Source of the DNA: Deltaproteobacteria bacterium
GTDB taxonomy: Bacteria > Myxococcota_A > Polyangia > Fen-1088
Assembly: GCA_033763315.1 (NCBI GenBank)
Contig: JANRKS010000005.1
Coordinates: forward strand, 64,001 to 128,000
DNA: 64,000 nt
Reading direction: 5' to 3'
How positions within the stretch are numbered: position 1 is the first letter of the stretch; every line of letters begins with the position of its first letter. The notes under the pieces are model-generated. The model saw only the letters and a list, made by a program, of their open reading frames with translations. It did no database searches and was not told the DNA's origin. The translations under genes and the position numbers were made by a program. This document shows, piece by piece, positions 20,181 to 30,764 of the stretch.

Positions 20181-20955
20181 GTGGTTGAGACGCTGTTCTG
20201 TGACCGTGAAGGCACGATCTGGATAGGGACATCGGGAACCGGTTTGTTCCGAAAAGCTCCGGGCCTTGTTGATGTGCCCACGATCAGCGATACACGGGTT
20301 GGCGTGTTCTCTGTGCTCAAGACGCACGACAGCAAGCTTTGGGTTACGTCGACCGCTGGCGTGGACGTGCTGGACCAGCGCGGGGCGGTGCTGAAGCACT
20401 TTTCCTTGGAGGCCTTAGACATCTGGTCTCCGCGTGGAATGGCCGAGACGGAAGACCATAAGATTCTGATCGCTGCCGATGGCTTTGGGGTGCTTTATGG
20501 TGATGAGACTGGCTCACCAGACACACGATCGTCCGCGACAACGTACAAGCTGCTTCGCCTGCTGTGTTTTCACTTTCGCGAGGGCGCTTGGGCATTGCCT
20601 TTGGCGACCATGGCCTTCGGCTGACCTCAGCGGAAGCTTTGCACACTTCGTCAATGCCCTTCGCGGCGGGTGCCGATGTCGATATTGGCGTCGGACTTTG
20701 CCAAGGGCCCATCGTGGCCGCAGCCTACGACAAAGCCGGCACGATCTGGACAGCCCATAGCAAGGGGGGGCTTTCCTCGATTGCCGATAACGGAGTCACC
20801 TGCTTTAGCGACACGCACCCACTTCCCTCCCGCGAGCCGGTAAGTCTCGCTGCAGATCAGTACGGCCGGGTGTGGATAGGATTCGCTACGGCGGTGGGTC
20901 TTGGTTTACTGCAGGACGGCCGCGTGTCCATCATTCCACAAAGCGCGGGCCTTCC
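20181..20955 (+). pseudogene. Fragmented two-component-regulator beta-propeller (sensor kinase periplasmic part)
   Basis: LFCDREGTIWIGTSGTGL, YDKAGTIWTA, LAADQYGRVWIG repeats split across frames. Confidence 0.7.
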
Positions 20956-21188
20956 GCCGCCGGCTCTGTTGGGTGATAAGCCACCCTGTCCCGCCTCGTT
21001 TTTACCTGCGCTTCCACCCGACGAGGGCGTGGCGCACGCAGCAACTGTCGCCACCCTGAACTTTGAGTTGGACATGAGAAGCCTTCCTGGTCGCGCCCCA
21101 AAGCGCCATCAACCCCACACCTAACCATGAACACTTCACGGCGACATCGTCACCCGGTAGCACACGATTCTACGCAGCAAAGACGAGA
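20956..21188 (-). repeat. Inverted, internally deleted copy of the upstream region and 5' end of 23212..24270
   Basis: Shared GTAGAATCGTGTGC, TTCATGGTTAG, CCAGGAAGGCTT and MSNSKFRVATVA...ATP.SGGSAG.N.AGQGG.SP with 23099..23490. Confidence 0.88.
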
Positions 21189-21288
21189 ACGTGCGCGATC
21201 AGGTACAAACGTACCTGGTCGAAGCCGACGCATGGTGTAACCCTTGTGGTCATGCGGTCGGCGAGTTCTGTCGACCAAGGGAGCCTGT

Positions 21289-22506
21289 ATGAAGTTCTAT
21301 ACAGAGTTTGTTTTGTGTTTGCTCGCGAGCTGGACATTGGTTGCCTGTGTATCCAACGCACCAACCGCAGATGACGTGATGGCCGGCGGCGGGGATGGCG
21401 GGGACACGGTGATGGACGGCGATGGGGGCTTCACCGGCGGCGCTGGGGCGGGCGGTGAACAAAGCCAACCATCGGCTAACGGCGGCCAAGGCGTGGCGGG
21501 CTCGGGCCCAGATGCGGGCACTGGCAGTGATGCAGCGGGAGGTGAAGCCGCGGTGCCGGCTGGTATGGTGCCGATGTTTGTTGCGGTTGGTCCCGGCCTG
21601 CGCACAACCATTTCGTGCGACGATGGTTTGACCTGGGTGGAGAATCGTTTTGAAAAGGAAAGTGACGATGATTTTTCTCACGACGAAACCAACATCCATG
21701 GTGCCGTGTTTTCGAATGGTCGCTTCTACTACCCCGCAGGGTGGGGCCCGTCTAATACGCGGATTTTTGCGTCGGAGAACGGCATCGATTGGGAACGCTT
21801 GTACCTAGGCGCAGCCCATCAAAGCAATTCGATGGCGGCCGGTGACGGCGTCTTAGTGTTTGGCGAAGGCAGTACAATCCGTCGCAGCGCTGATGATGGA
21901 AAAACGTGGACAGAGGTTCGTCTGCCAGCCGACTATTCTCATATGCGGCTTACCCACGGTGGTTACCAAGGTGGGCGATTCGTGGTGGGGGGACGGGACA
22001 AACGGCACACATACTCAACCAATGGCGGACGCACTTGGATCAAAGGCCAAGGAGACGGCGGCCACCGTCCCGTTTATGGAGGCGGGGTGTTTGTGAGCTT
22101 TCAAGAAGAAGGCGGAAGTTTGGTGCGGTCAAACGACGGCGGCGCCACCTGGCAACCCGTAAGCTGCTGCGGAAACCCCGGCTATATCGCTCACGTGTTC
22201 TGGTCGGGAACGCGGTTCTTGCTGTTTACGGACAACAGCGTTTGGGCAAGCGTTGACGGTGCCGTTTGGGAAAAGCAATCAAGCGTTGTGATGGCACGAT
22301 TGAATGCCATGGCACGCAACCCATCCAGCGGAACTTTCGTTGCCGCTGCTGGGGGCCGGCCGGTGCGCTTCTTCCGATCCGCTGACGGGTTGCGTTGGCA
22401 GCCGCTTGCGGATCGCGCTTTCAGTCCACAAGGCGCCGAGATCAAATACATCACGTTCGGTTACGGCCGCCCATCGGCGAAGTGTCCGTTGCGATCCCTG
22501 CCCTAG
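21289..22506 (+). CDS. Lipoprotein with Gly-rich linker and BNR/Asp-box beta-propeller
   Basis: LVAC lipobox; repeated S.D.G.TW motifs. Confidence 0.85.
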   Translation: MKFYTEFVLCLLASWTLVACVSNAPTADDVMAGGGDGGDTVMDGDGGFTGGAGAGGEQSQPSANGGQGVAGSGPDAGTGSDAAGGEAAVPAGMVPMFVAVGPGLRTTISCDDGLTWVENRFEKESDDDFSHDETNIHGAVFSNGRFYYPAGWGPSNTRIFASENGIDWERLYLGAAHQSNSMAAGDGVLVFGEGSTIRRSADDGKTWTEVRLPADYSHMRLTHGGYQGGRFVVGGRDKRHTYSTNGGRTWIKGQGDGGHRPVYGGGVFVSFQEEGGSLVRSNDGGATWQPVSCCGNPGYIAHVFWSGTRFLLFTDNSVWASVDGAVWEKQSSVVMARLNAMARNPSSGTFVAAAGGRPVRFFRSADGLRWQPLADRAFSPQGAEIKYITFGYGRPSAKCPLRSLP

Positions 22507-22601
22507 GGGCGTCGATCCGCCGCGTGTCATCAATGGTGACTAGACACAGCTGGGTGATCTCTTGCTGGTGCTCTCCGATCAGATACCGTCAAGGTGTCAC
22601 T

Positions 22602-23033
22602 ATGGTCGGAAACAACATTCGATGGCTCCTGTCAGTCATGCTTCTAAGTGCGTGTGGCTCTGCTGCTCCGCTTCCGGGCGAAGACTCGAACGGTCAGGGA
22701 AATTCGGTTGCCGACGAGCACACCCTCACCACGGCCACCGAGGGCAAGCCATTCGGGGCTACCTGCTCGATGAAATCGGATGCGGCAAACACCAAGGATG
22801 CAGATTCTGAGCCTTGGATAGCTTTTCGGATGGTGGTGGAAAAGGGAGGTGCGGAATGTGCCTCGCACCTGTGTGCGTTGGTCGATTCAGTTGACCATTC
22901 CCCAGCCGTTCCGTTTTGCACCAAAGAGTGTAAATCCGATGCTGATTGCAGCCATTCATCGCCAAGTTGTGCCCCGGGCTATGGCTGCCGGTTCGCCGAC
23001 AGGTTCGAGGCCGGCTATTGCGCGTGTCGGTAG
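22602..23033 (+). CDS. Small Cys-rich lipoprotein (CglC-like Cys spacing)
   Basis: LSAC lipobox; GATC...ECASHLC...FCTKECKSDADC...GYGC...YCAC. Confidence 0.7.
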   Translation: MVGNNIRWLLSVMLLSACGSAAPLPGEDSNGQGNSVADEHTLTTATEGKPFGATCSMKSDAANTKDADSEPWIAFRMVVEKGGAECASHLCALVDSVDHSPAVPFCTKECKSDADCSHSSPSCAPGYGCRFADRFEAGYCACR

Positions 23034-23211
23034 TCGGGAGCGAAATGCTTTCGCCCCTGTGCCCTTGAGCGACGCCCCAATTGGCAAGACCGCTTGTGTC
23101 TCGTCAGTAGTGAGTAGAATCGTGTGCGCTCTGGTGACCATGTCATCGCGAAGTCTTCATGGTTAGCTGCCCGGTTGGTGGCGATACAAACGCCAACCAG
23201 GAAGGCTTGTC

Positions 23212-24270
23212 ATGTCCAACTCAAAGTTCCGGGTGGCGACGGTTGCTGGGTGCGGGTTGTGTCTTTTGATTCTTGCGTGCGCGAACGAATCCAAAACTGA
23301 TATCGACCCAACGCCAGAAGGCGGCGCGGCAGGAGAAGCACAGGGTGGTGAAGGCGGAGACGCGGTCGAGGACGGCAATGGTGGGGGCACCACATCAGCC
23401 AGCGCGGGTGGAGCCACGCCGCCTTCGGGTGGCAGCGCAGGTGCGAATGTGGCCGGGCAGGGTGGCGTATCACCCGGGAATGCGGGCGGCATGGGTGCCA
23501 GCATTGGGAACGTTGGCGGCAAGCCCGTTCCTTCTGCGACGGGCGGGCAGGCAGGCGGGGCCACCGCGCCACTTTCAACATGCGAAGCGCCAGCATGTGA
23601 TGATTTCGAGAAATACAGCGCGGGTACGCGTCCCGGCGCACCTTGGTCAGAGTTTGAAGTAAGCGCTACAGGTGGCTTGTCTGTTGATGCTTCACGCGCC
23701 TTTTCCGGCACTAGATCGATGAAGTTCACGATGAGCCCAGGGGCCGATATGGTGGCTCGGATGCGGCATGCTGGTTCGGGCGTCGTACCCGGAAAAGAAG
23801 TTTTCATGCGCGCCATGATGTTCTTGGAAAAAACCATCACAGGACAGGGCGTGTTTCATTGGAACCTCATGCGCACAGAAGGCAACAACTCGATCGTGGC
23901 CGGCGGAAACGCATCAGGAAAAACGTTTCAAAACTTTGGTGGGCAGGGTCGCGATTGTTACGTTCACGGCGGCAATCCGATCCCCACCGGCAAATGGGTT
24001 TGCATTGAGTACCATGTGAACGGTCAAAGCGACGTTGCCGAGATCATGTTGAACGGCGTTGTTGATGATTTCACCCAAGTCACCAGCGGCGATGCGTTGC
24101 CCGGTCTTTCTGGCTGTCTTAGCCCCCCCGGCAACAACTGGGACATTCCAGAACCCAAGGTGGTTCGGTTCGGATTCACGATGCATCATCAACTCGATCG
24201 GCCCGTGACCATGTGGCTTGACGACATTGCGGTGTCGAACAAGCGCATCGGTTGTCCAAGTCAAAAATGA
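23212..24270 (+). CDS. Lipoprotein with Cip1/polysaccharide-lyase-like jelly-roll domain
   Basis: ILAC lipobox, Gly-rich linker, CDDFE, VDASRAFSG, GKWVCIEY, WLDDIAVS.KRIGC. Confidence 0.75.
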   Translation: MSNSKFRVATVAGCGLCLLILACANESKTDIDPTPEGGAAGEAQGGEGGDAVEDGNGGGTTSASAGGATPPSGGSAGANVAGQGGVSPGNAGGMGASIGNVGGKPVPSATGGQAGGATAPLSTCEAPACDDFEKYSAGTRPGAPWSEFEVSATGGLSVDASRAFSGTRSMKFTMSPGADMVARMRHAGSGVVPGKEVFMRAMMFLEKTITGQGVFHWNLMRTEGNNSIVAGGNASGKTFQNFGGQGRDCYVHGGNPIPTGKWVCIEYHVNGQSDVAEIMLNGVVDDFTQVTSGDALPGLSGCLSPPGNNWDIPEPKVVRFGFTMHHQLDRPVTMWLDDIAVSNKRIGCPSQK

Positions 24271-24384
24271 CTGCAAATGCATCCGTCTAGCTGTCGTGGC
24301 CGATGGGCCCTCGCTCCCCTAGTGTACGGGCGAGGAGCAGCTCTCAAGCTGTTTGAGATCTTGCGCCATGGAGGACGTTCACCG

Positions 24385-25338
24385 ATGAAGAAGACTAGCC
24401 TGCGTTCCGCGTCACTTGTTTCAATCGTGCTTGCTGTTTGTGCAGTAGCTGCGTGTTCAAGCAACAGTAGCGATAGCGATTCCGCCAACGGTGGCGACGG
24501 CGGCAACTCTGACGGCGGCAAGGGTGGTTCAAGCAGCGGCGGCAAGGGTGGAGCGAACGCTGGCGGCAAAGGCGGCTCTGCAACCAACGGCGGATCGGCG
24601 GGAGGCGGCCAAGGGGGTTCTGTGGGGACGGGAGGTGCGATGGGCACGGGCGGCGCAATGGGCACGGGCGGCATGATGGGCACGGGCGGCATGATGGGAA
24701 TGGGTGGAATGGCCGGATCTATGACACCCGCCGCCGAAACGGGCGTGTTCTTGTTCACGGGCAAGGCAGCCACAATGGAAAAACTTGTGAGCGCTGATCC
24801 TGCTGCCGGATACTTCTACTCAGGCGGCGATGCGAGTGCGACGGGTGGAGCGGAGATGCTCAATGCAACCCAAGCCATGGGACTTCCTGCGGGTATCAAC
24901 TTCGCCTTGTCGGCCAAGCCGTTGCAGGCAGGCCTTACAATCTTGGGTGTAAACTTCCGCGCCGACGATGGCACGAAGTGGCGCTTCTTCGACGCCAGCG
25001 CTTACGCGGGCATTACCTTTTGGGCTCGCAGCACGAAGCCGTTGGTGTTGAACACCACGCTTGTTGATGCAGACAACACCACGCCTGGTGACAAAGGAGG
25101 AACCTGCGCGGCTCCCACGCCCGCACCCGACGGCGCGTGCAAACCTGTTGCCGGACGCGACATCATTGTTACGGCTACGTGGAAGCAGTTCAAGTTGGCT
25201 TGGACTGACTTTGTTAACGGTGGTCCTGCCGCGCCGGCTACGCTTGCCCGCATTGACTGGTTGACGTTCCAACAGGGCGGCAATGTCGACTTCTGGATCA
25301 CCAGCGTGCGCTTGGCGACGCTTACCGATCTTGACTAA
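24385..25338 (+). CDS. Lipoprotein with Gly/Met linker and CBM11-like domain
   Basis: GGAGG RBS, VAAC lipobox, FDASAYAGITFWARS, ATWKQFKLAWTDF, DFWI. Confidence 0.75.
   Translation: MKKTSLRSASLVSIVLAVCAVAACSSNSSDSDSANGGDGGNSDGGKGGSSSGGKGGANAGGKGGSATNGGSAGGGQGGSVGTGGAMGTGGAMGTGGMMGTGGMMGMGGMAGSMTPAAETGVFLFTGKAATMEKLVSADPAAGYFYSGGDASATGGAEMLNATQAMGLPAGINFALSAKPLQAGLTILGVNFRADDGTKWRFFDASAYAGITFWARSTKPLVLNTTLVDADNTTPGDKGGTCAAPTPAPDGACKPVAGRDIIVTATWKQFKLAWTDFVNGGPAAPATLARIDWLTFQQGGNVDFWITSVRLATLTDLD
24625..24712 (+). repeat. 18-bp tandem repeats encoding GTGG[AM]M
   Basis: About 5 copies in the linker. Confidence 0.8.
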
Positions 25339-25356
25339 CGACCGCGCCTGACTTGT

Positions 25357-25394
25357 TGCCTCGAGCCACCCAACCGGCGGTTCGAGGCATTTTT
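25357..25394 (+). terminator. Hairpin/terminator between the CBM lipoprotein and DUF1592 gene
   Basis: TGCCTCGAGCC...GGTTCGAGGCA followed by TTTTT. Confidence 0.6.
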
Positions 25395-25410
25395 GCCGAA
25401 GGGACAATGC

Positions 25411-27186
25411 ATGCGCTCGCTTCATAGCTGGTCGCTCTTTCCAATCATTCTGGCATCGATTGTTGTTCATGGATGTACCGGCGGCGCTGGGGGCGACGGC
25501 CCTGGAAGCGACGGAGCGCCGGGGGGCGCCGGGGGCAACGAACTACCCACAGCGCCCATTCCTGAAGGCGTCCGTTGCGGTGAACGCAACCGCCCTGCGT
25601 GGCAATTGTCGGGGCACACGGCGTTTGAAGTACAGACCATCGTCGAGCAAGTGTTTGGCACCGCAGCAGCGTCAGACCCACAAGTGCGATCCATGTTCGC
25701 CAACTTGCCGACCGAATTGCGGAGCAAAGGCTTCGACACCGAGAACCACAAGGTCTCACAACAGTTCATTGACGCGTACGTGGGCTTGGTACGGCGGCTT
25801 GCCGGTCTTGCCATAGAAAACAAGCCGGTGCGGGACGCGATCGAAAGCTTCGTCGGTGTTTCCTGCGGCGGCACTCTAGATCTGGACACGGGCTGTGGCA
25901 TCAATGTGGCGAAGGCTTTCGCACGCCACGTTGCCAGTGCAAGTGTGCCGGATGATGAACTTGAACGCCTAACCTCGCAGTACGCAGAGAACAAGAGCAA
26001 ATACCAATCGTCAAAGGCGTACGCGGGCTTTGTGGCTTCGGTGCTCCTGGGTGCTCGTAGCGCTCTTCGTTTTGATGTTGCCGAGCGTGATGCCAGTGGC
26101 GTTGTAGATGCGAAAACGATGGGTGTTCGGTTGTCGATGGTCCTCACGGGCGGGCTACCGGACCGCGATCTGCGTGAAGCCATCGATGACCAGTCGATCT
26201 TGCAGGACGAGACGCTTCGGCGGCAAGCAAAGCGGCTTCTGGCAACGGGCGCTGGACGCAAGTGGCTAGGGCACTTTGCACAGCAGTGGCTGAACGTAGC
26301 GCTGGTAAAATCGCCACCGCCCCGCACCGGCTACGTTGCGACGGATGACGAAAGCGTACAGGTAGCGCAGGCCGCCCGGGAAGAAGTAGGCAAGATCTTT
26401 GCCAACACCGTGGTCGATAAACGAGGCTCGCTTGCAGACTTCTATGCCACCGATGATGTCAGTCCTTCGCACGCATGGCTTGCGAAGTTATACCAAACCG
26501 AGCAATCGGGTGATGTTGTGCGCGCAAAGGCGTCCAGCCGGCACGGCTTGCTGACGCGTGCAGCGTTCAACTTATACGGCACCTATGGTGACTACTTGCC
26601 GCTGGCTCATCGAGGATACGGAGTCAAGATCACCATGCTTTGTGGCAGCATTGGCGCGCTGCCCGACATGATTGACAAGACGTTGCCCGAGTCGTCACCG
26701 GATGTGATGTCCTCGCGCGAATATTTTGCCACGTTGACCGAACGTGGAAGCTGCCTTGGATGCCACGCCGCGATGAATCCCTTTGGATTTGCGCAGTCGG
26801 CCTATTCCGTGACGGGTGAATACTTGACCAAAGAAGTGGTCAAGAACCGCAGAACGAAGGAAAGCGTTTCCGTCGACGTCGCACAAGATGGACGCATCGG
26901 TCTTGATCGCGCCGACGTGAGCGTGGCCAACGCCGGCGATATGAGTGACGCCATAGGGGCCAGCGAAGAAGCGCGTGCTTGCTTTGCGCTGCGGTTAGAC
27001 CAAGCGGTGCTTGGCGGTCCGCGCGGCGTCATCGAGGAAGAGGGCGGCGTAGATGACTTTTTGCCGAAAGACACGTCATGCAGCGTGCGGCTAGCCGCGC
27101 ATGCGTTGAACCAGTCGTCAGACGAAGGTGCGTTACAGAACGCTATACTGGCTTACGTGACGAGCCTTGAATTCAAAATGCAGTGA
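25411..27186 (+). CDS. DUF1592/DUF1588-domain lipoprotein with CxxCH motif
   Basis: VHGC lipobox, RLSMVLTGGLPD, HFAQQWL, RHGLLT, HRG, CLGCHAAMNPFGFA. Confidence 0.85.
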   Translation: MRSLHSWSLFPIILASIVVHGCTGGAGGDGPGSDGAPGGAGGNELPTAPIPEGVRCGERNRPAWQLSGHTAFEVQTIVEQVFGTAAASDPQVRSMFANLPTELRSKGFDTENHKVSQQFIDAYVGLVRRLAGLAIENKPVRDAIESFVGVSCGGTLDLDTGCGINVAKAFARHVASASVPDDELERLTSQYAENKSKYQSSKAYAGFVASVLLGARSALRFDVAERDASGVVDAKTMGVRLSMVLTGGLPDRDLREAIDDQSILQDETLRRQAKRLLATGAGRKWLGHFAQQWLNVALVKSPPPRTGYVATDDESVQVAQAAREEVGKIFANTVVDKRGSLADFYATDDVSPSHAWLAKLYQTEQSGDVVRAKASSRHGLLTRAAFNLYGTYGDYLPLAHRGYGVKITMLCGSIGALPDMIDKTLPESSPDVMSSREYFATLTERGSCLGCHAAMNPFGFAQSAYSVTGEYLTKEVVKNRRTKESVSVDVAQDGRIGLDRADVSVANAGDMSDAIGASEEARACFALRLDQAVLGGPRGVIEEEGGVDDFLPKDTSCSVRLAAHALNQSSDEGALQNAILAYVTSLEFKMQ

Positions 27187-27198
27187 ACGGAGTGTGTC

Positions 27199-28773
27199 AT
27201 GAACCACTGGAGCAATGATCCCTCTCGTCGCAGGATCTTGGCGCAACTTGGCGTTGGCGCAGCCCTACCATTCTTGGGCTCACTGGTGGGCGGCAAGCGC
27301 GCTGTGGCGGCACCCAAACGACTGACGCGTCTGGTGGTGGTGTCGCAAGCGCACATGAGTTTGGGATACCACCGCATCCCTGAGTTTTGCAACGGAGCGT
27401 GGGGAAATGCGGATCCGTCTCGGCTAAAGGCAAACACTGCTTTGGGTTTGCGTGTGGCCGCGTTCGGTACGGAGCCCGCAAAGCTAGGAAGCTTTTACGG
27501 CCAAGGTCTGCTGAAGTCTTCTGCGCGTCTGCAGAAAGAAATGATGGTGTGCAACGGCTTGGGTGCAACCTACCAACACGCCCGCGGGCACCTATCCGAT
27601 GGCAACGGCGAATGGACGGGTGGAAACCAAAGCGGCAAGTTTAATTTGGGTGCCCGTTACCCGTTAAGCGGTTCCGTGCACGAGCCCATGATCACCATGG
27701 ATCAGCTGATAGCCAAAAAGCTCCACATGCCTGGCCAACGTATTTTGTTCATGGGCAGCGGTGTTTGGGGAGATTCCAGCGCCAACACCAACGAGTCGGT
27801 GAATGCCAGCGGAACGCCTCAGACGTTGATCGGACGCACCAACGATATCTTCAACGGCCCCATCTTCGACGCCGGCAAAAAGATAACGCAGGCCCAACAG
27901 ATGCGCGGAATGACGACGAGTCCTGTGGGCGATCCAAAAGCCACGATGTCGGCTGAGGATTTTGCTGCGTCGGTGGGACTGGCTTTCAACCAAGGCGAAC
28001 GGCAACGGCTTTTGGCTGATGCATCACTTTCGTCGAGCGACCGCAACACACTTAATCAATACTACGACCTACTTGCGGAGGCGTCGAAGTCGTCGGTCAC
28101 GCCGCCCCCGGGTGCACCCAGTGGCAGCGGTTCGGCAGCGTCTTCGGAGTGTAAGGCACCCGAACTGGGCCCTGCGGAGTTTGGCAGCTACCTGAAGCTG
28201 TTGGCCAGCGCGTTTCTGTGCGATTTGTCGAAGGTGGCCTTCATCTCGGTAGGCGCGGCCTATGATCACAATTCGGAATGGCACGTCGGCGCAGATGGCG
28301 ATGCCAGCAAAGTCGGGATGTATAATGTTTTGGCCGATCAGGTTGCCAAGGTGGCCGACCTGCTTGCAACGCTTACGGACCCCGCGACGGGCCGCGACAT
28401 GCTTGAGACCACGTTGGTGCTTGGCATAACCAACAGCTCAATGGCTTTAAAGACAGACGATCGCGATCCTTCGCACGAAATGGGAGACTATTCGTACTTC
28501 AGCGTGGGTGGCAGCGCGGCGCTAAACACCGGTTTCATGTACGACGCCATGGGCGTCAACGGGGGCAAGCGCACGGCCATCAACGGACCAATTCCCACTG
28601 TAAACCAATACCTGCAAACGATCGGTGCCGCGTACGGTTTGACACCTGCAGAATGGGCGGGCACTACGGGCAAAGGGTTCGGGCCGTGGCTTAGCAACAC
28701 ATGGAAGGGTCGTAGCTTGCGCGTGGACGATATGGCCAGAACCACGCCGATCCCGGGACTACTGGTTACTTAG
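27199..28773 (+). CDS. DUF1552-family protein with Tat signal
   Basis: SRRRILAQLGVGAALPFL twin-Arg leader, TMDQLIA, AFLCDLSKV; typical partner of DUF1592 genes. Confidence 0.85.
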   Translation: MNHWSNDPSRRRILAQLGVGAALPFLGSLVGGKRAVAAPKRLTRLVVVSQAHMSLGYHRIPEFCNGAWGNADPSRLKANTALGLRVAAFGTEPAKLGSFYGQGLLKSSARLQKEMMVCNGLGATYQHARGHLSDGNGEWTGGNQSGKFNLGARYPLSGSVHEPMITMDQLIAKKLHMPGQRILFMGSGVWGDSSANTNESVNASGTPQTLIGRTNDIFNGPIFDAGKKITQAQQMRGMTTSPVGDPKATMSAEDFAASVGLAFNQGERQRLLADASLSSSDRNTLNQYYDLLAEASKSSVTPPPGAPSGSGSAASSECKAPELGPAEFGSYLKLLASAFLCDLSKVAFISVGAAYDHNSEWHVGADGDASKVGMYNVLADQVAKVADLLATLTDPATGRDMLETTLVLGITNSSMALKTDDRDPSHEMGDYSYFSVGGSAALNTGFMYDAMGVNGGKRTAINGPIPTVNQYLQTIGAAYGLTPAEWAGTTGKGFGPWLSNTWKGRSLRVDDMARTTPIPGLLVT

Positions 28774-28901
28774 GGGCGGCGGCGCGGGTCGACTGGAAGC
28801 ACCACCTCAACGCGCGTTCCTTGGCCCGCGTTTGCGACAGCTTCTTGAACAACAAGCGGTAACTCGTGCCGCATCTCGGGCGAGGCGGCTGGACGCTTGC
28901 C
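28770..28901 (-). pseudogene. Collapsed remnant of a NarX-type histidine kinase ATPase domain
   Basis: EMRHELPLVVQEAVANA fused in frame to GQGTRVEVVLPV; the D/G-box core between them is absent. Confidence 0.6.
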
Positions 28902-28990
28902 GCCACTGTCGTGACCGATCTGTGTTGAACACGCACGAGCCGTTCGGCTTCTCTAGAGGGTAGCGACCTTCGCGCGGTGCGTGCGTACGT

Positions 28991-30223
28991 CTAGGCTCCG
29001 AGGTCGGTCATTGTGGACTCGAGGAATCGGCGAAGCGGCGAACTGCGCGTGAGCGCGACCGCTTGAATCATCGCCACTCGCGCGCCTGCCAGGTCGCCTC
29101 GCCGCTGCCGTGCATGCGAAAGCACGACCCAGTAGGGCGCATACTCCGCGACGCGCGCCTCTTCGAGGTTGTCGAGCACATGCTGCGCATCGGCGGCGCG
29201 GTCGATCTCGACGAGTACCGCGGCGTGAGCGACTGCGCTCGCGACGGTAGGCCAAGTGGCGTTCAGCCTCGTATAAAGAAGCTCGATCGCCGTCCAGGGG
29301 GTTTGCCCGGAAAAGAGGCGCTGGCAATGGGCGGACTGGATGGCCGCCTCGAGCTGAAAAAAGCCGGGCACCCGAAAAGCGGCCGCACGCAAGAGAATGG
29401 CGTTCCCCTCCATGATGGCGGCGCGATCCCAGCGCCCGACATCCTGCTTGGCGAGGGGGACGAAGCCGGCATCGGGCGTGCTGCGAGCAGCTCTGCGCGC
29501 ATGACTGAGAATGAGGAGCGCATGGAGGCCGAGCGACTCAGGGTCGTTTGGGGCGAGCTCGATGAGAACGCGCGAAAGGTAGATGGCTTCTTCGGCAAGT
29601 GATTCCACCCCTTGCTCATTTTCGTGCTCATCGTAGTCGGTGCCGAAGGCGGCGTAGATCGCTTCTCTGACCGCGGCCATGCGCTCGGGGCGTTCTTCGG
29701 GTTCAGGTTCTTCGAACGGGATCCCGGCGTCACGGATCTTCTGCTTCGCGCGCACGAGCCGCTGGCTCATCGCCGTGGGGGTCAAGAGGAACGCGCGTGC
29801 GATGCGCGCGGCGTCGAGCCCGAGAACCGATTGCAGCATGAGGGGGGTGCGCACGCTCTCATCGATGGCCGGGTGCGCGCACACCAAGAGCAAACGCAGG
29901 CGCAGGTCACCCTTCTCGGACTGGTGTTCCGAAAGCTCGACAAGCGCCTGCTCGAGCGCGCCTATCACACGCGGGTTCGACGTTACGTTGCGATGTCGAG
30001 CGCGCTGCCGGAGTTGGTTCTTCGCGACCGTGATCAGCCACGCCTCGGGCGATACAGGAATGCCCGCGTGGGGCCATCGTGCAAGCGCTTCGGCAAATGC
30101 GTCGCCGAGTGCATCTTCGGCGGCCGCGACGTCGCGAAAGCGTACGGAGAGCGCGGCCACCAACCTTCCGTACACTTCGCGTGCCACGCGAGCAGCCGTT
30201 TCGACCGTCTGATCGCTAGCCAT
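28991..30223 (-). CDS. ECF sigma factor with C-terminal TPR-like extension (ECF42-type)
   Basis: YGRLVAAL..AEDALGDAF, LLLVCAHPAI, MSQRLVRAKQKI, LAKQDVGRWD, FQLEAAIQSAH; follows a YciI gene. Confidence 0.9.
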   Translation of the reverse strand: MASDQTVETAARVAREVYGRLVAALSVRFRDVAAAEDALGDAFAEALARWPHAGIPVSPEAWLITVAKNQLRQRARHRNVTSNPRVIGALEQALVELSEHQSEKGDLRLRLLLVCAHPAIDESVRTPLMLQSVLGLDAARIARAFLLTPTAMSQRLVRAKQKIRDAGIPFEEPEPEERPERMAAVREAIYAAFGTDYDEHENEQGVESLAEEAIYLSRVLIELAPNDPESLGLHALLILSHARRAARSTPDAGFVPLAKQDVGRWDRAAIMEGNAILLRAAAFRVPGFFQLEAAIQSAHCQRLFSGQTPWTAIELLYTRLNATWPTVASAVAHAAVLVEIDRAADAQHVLDNLEEARVAEYAPYWVVLSHARQRRGDLAGARVAMIQAVALTRSSPLRRFLESTMTDLGA

Positions 30224-30230
30224 CCGGCAA

Positions 30231-30593
30231 TCAACCTTGGGGAGGCGGCGGAAGAACCGGGCGCACTTCGACGCTGCCGTGGCGTGCGCAGGGTGCCTTT
30301 GCCGCCCACTGCAGAGCGACATCGAGGTCCGGGACATCAATGATGAAATAGCCCCCCAGGTGCTCTTTCGCGTCGGGGTGCGGGCCATCTTGCACGTGTC
30401 GCTTCCCCCCTTCGATGCGGAGCGTGGTCGCGGTGTGCGGTGCTTGAAGACCGTTGCCGCTTTTGACCGTTCCCGACGCGTGGAGCTCCTGAACATAGGC
30501 GTTCCACGCCCCCCAATACGCTGAGGCCTCCTTCGGGTCTTCGCGGCGAGCCACTTCGTTCGTTGTTTCGGAGAAAATGAGCATGTATTCCAT
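30231..30593 (-). CDS. YciI/DGPF-family protein
   Basis: ATTLRI..VQDGPHPDAKEHLGGYFIIDVPDLD.AL.WA...VEVRP. Confidence 0.9.
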   Translation of the reverse strand: MEYMLIFSETTNEVARREDPKEASAYWGAWNAYVQELHASGTVKSGNGLQAPHTATTLRIEGGKRHVQDGPHPDAKEHLGGYFIIDVPDLDVALQWAAKAPCARHGSVEVRPVLPPPPQG

Positions 30594-30764
30594 GAGCGGG
30601 TCCCTTTCGTTGTAGTGAGCGGCAGCTGCCGTCATGGGGTTGATGTGCGAGCCGTGCTCATTTCGACAGGCCACCTGCTTTTTTTAGCGGCCCGTTGGCG
30701 GCCTCGGGGAGCTGGTGGGGGCGATCGCGCGTCGTTTGCCAGCGCGTGGTGAACCGTTCCACCG

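Noticed and set aside
30224-30496. N-terminal extension of the ECF sigma ORF
   Set aside because: Overlaps the YciI gene in another frame; sigma homology begins at ATG 30223
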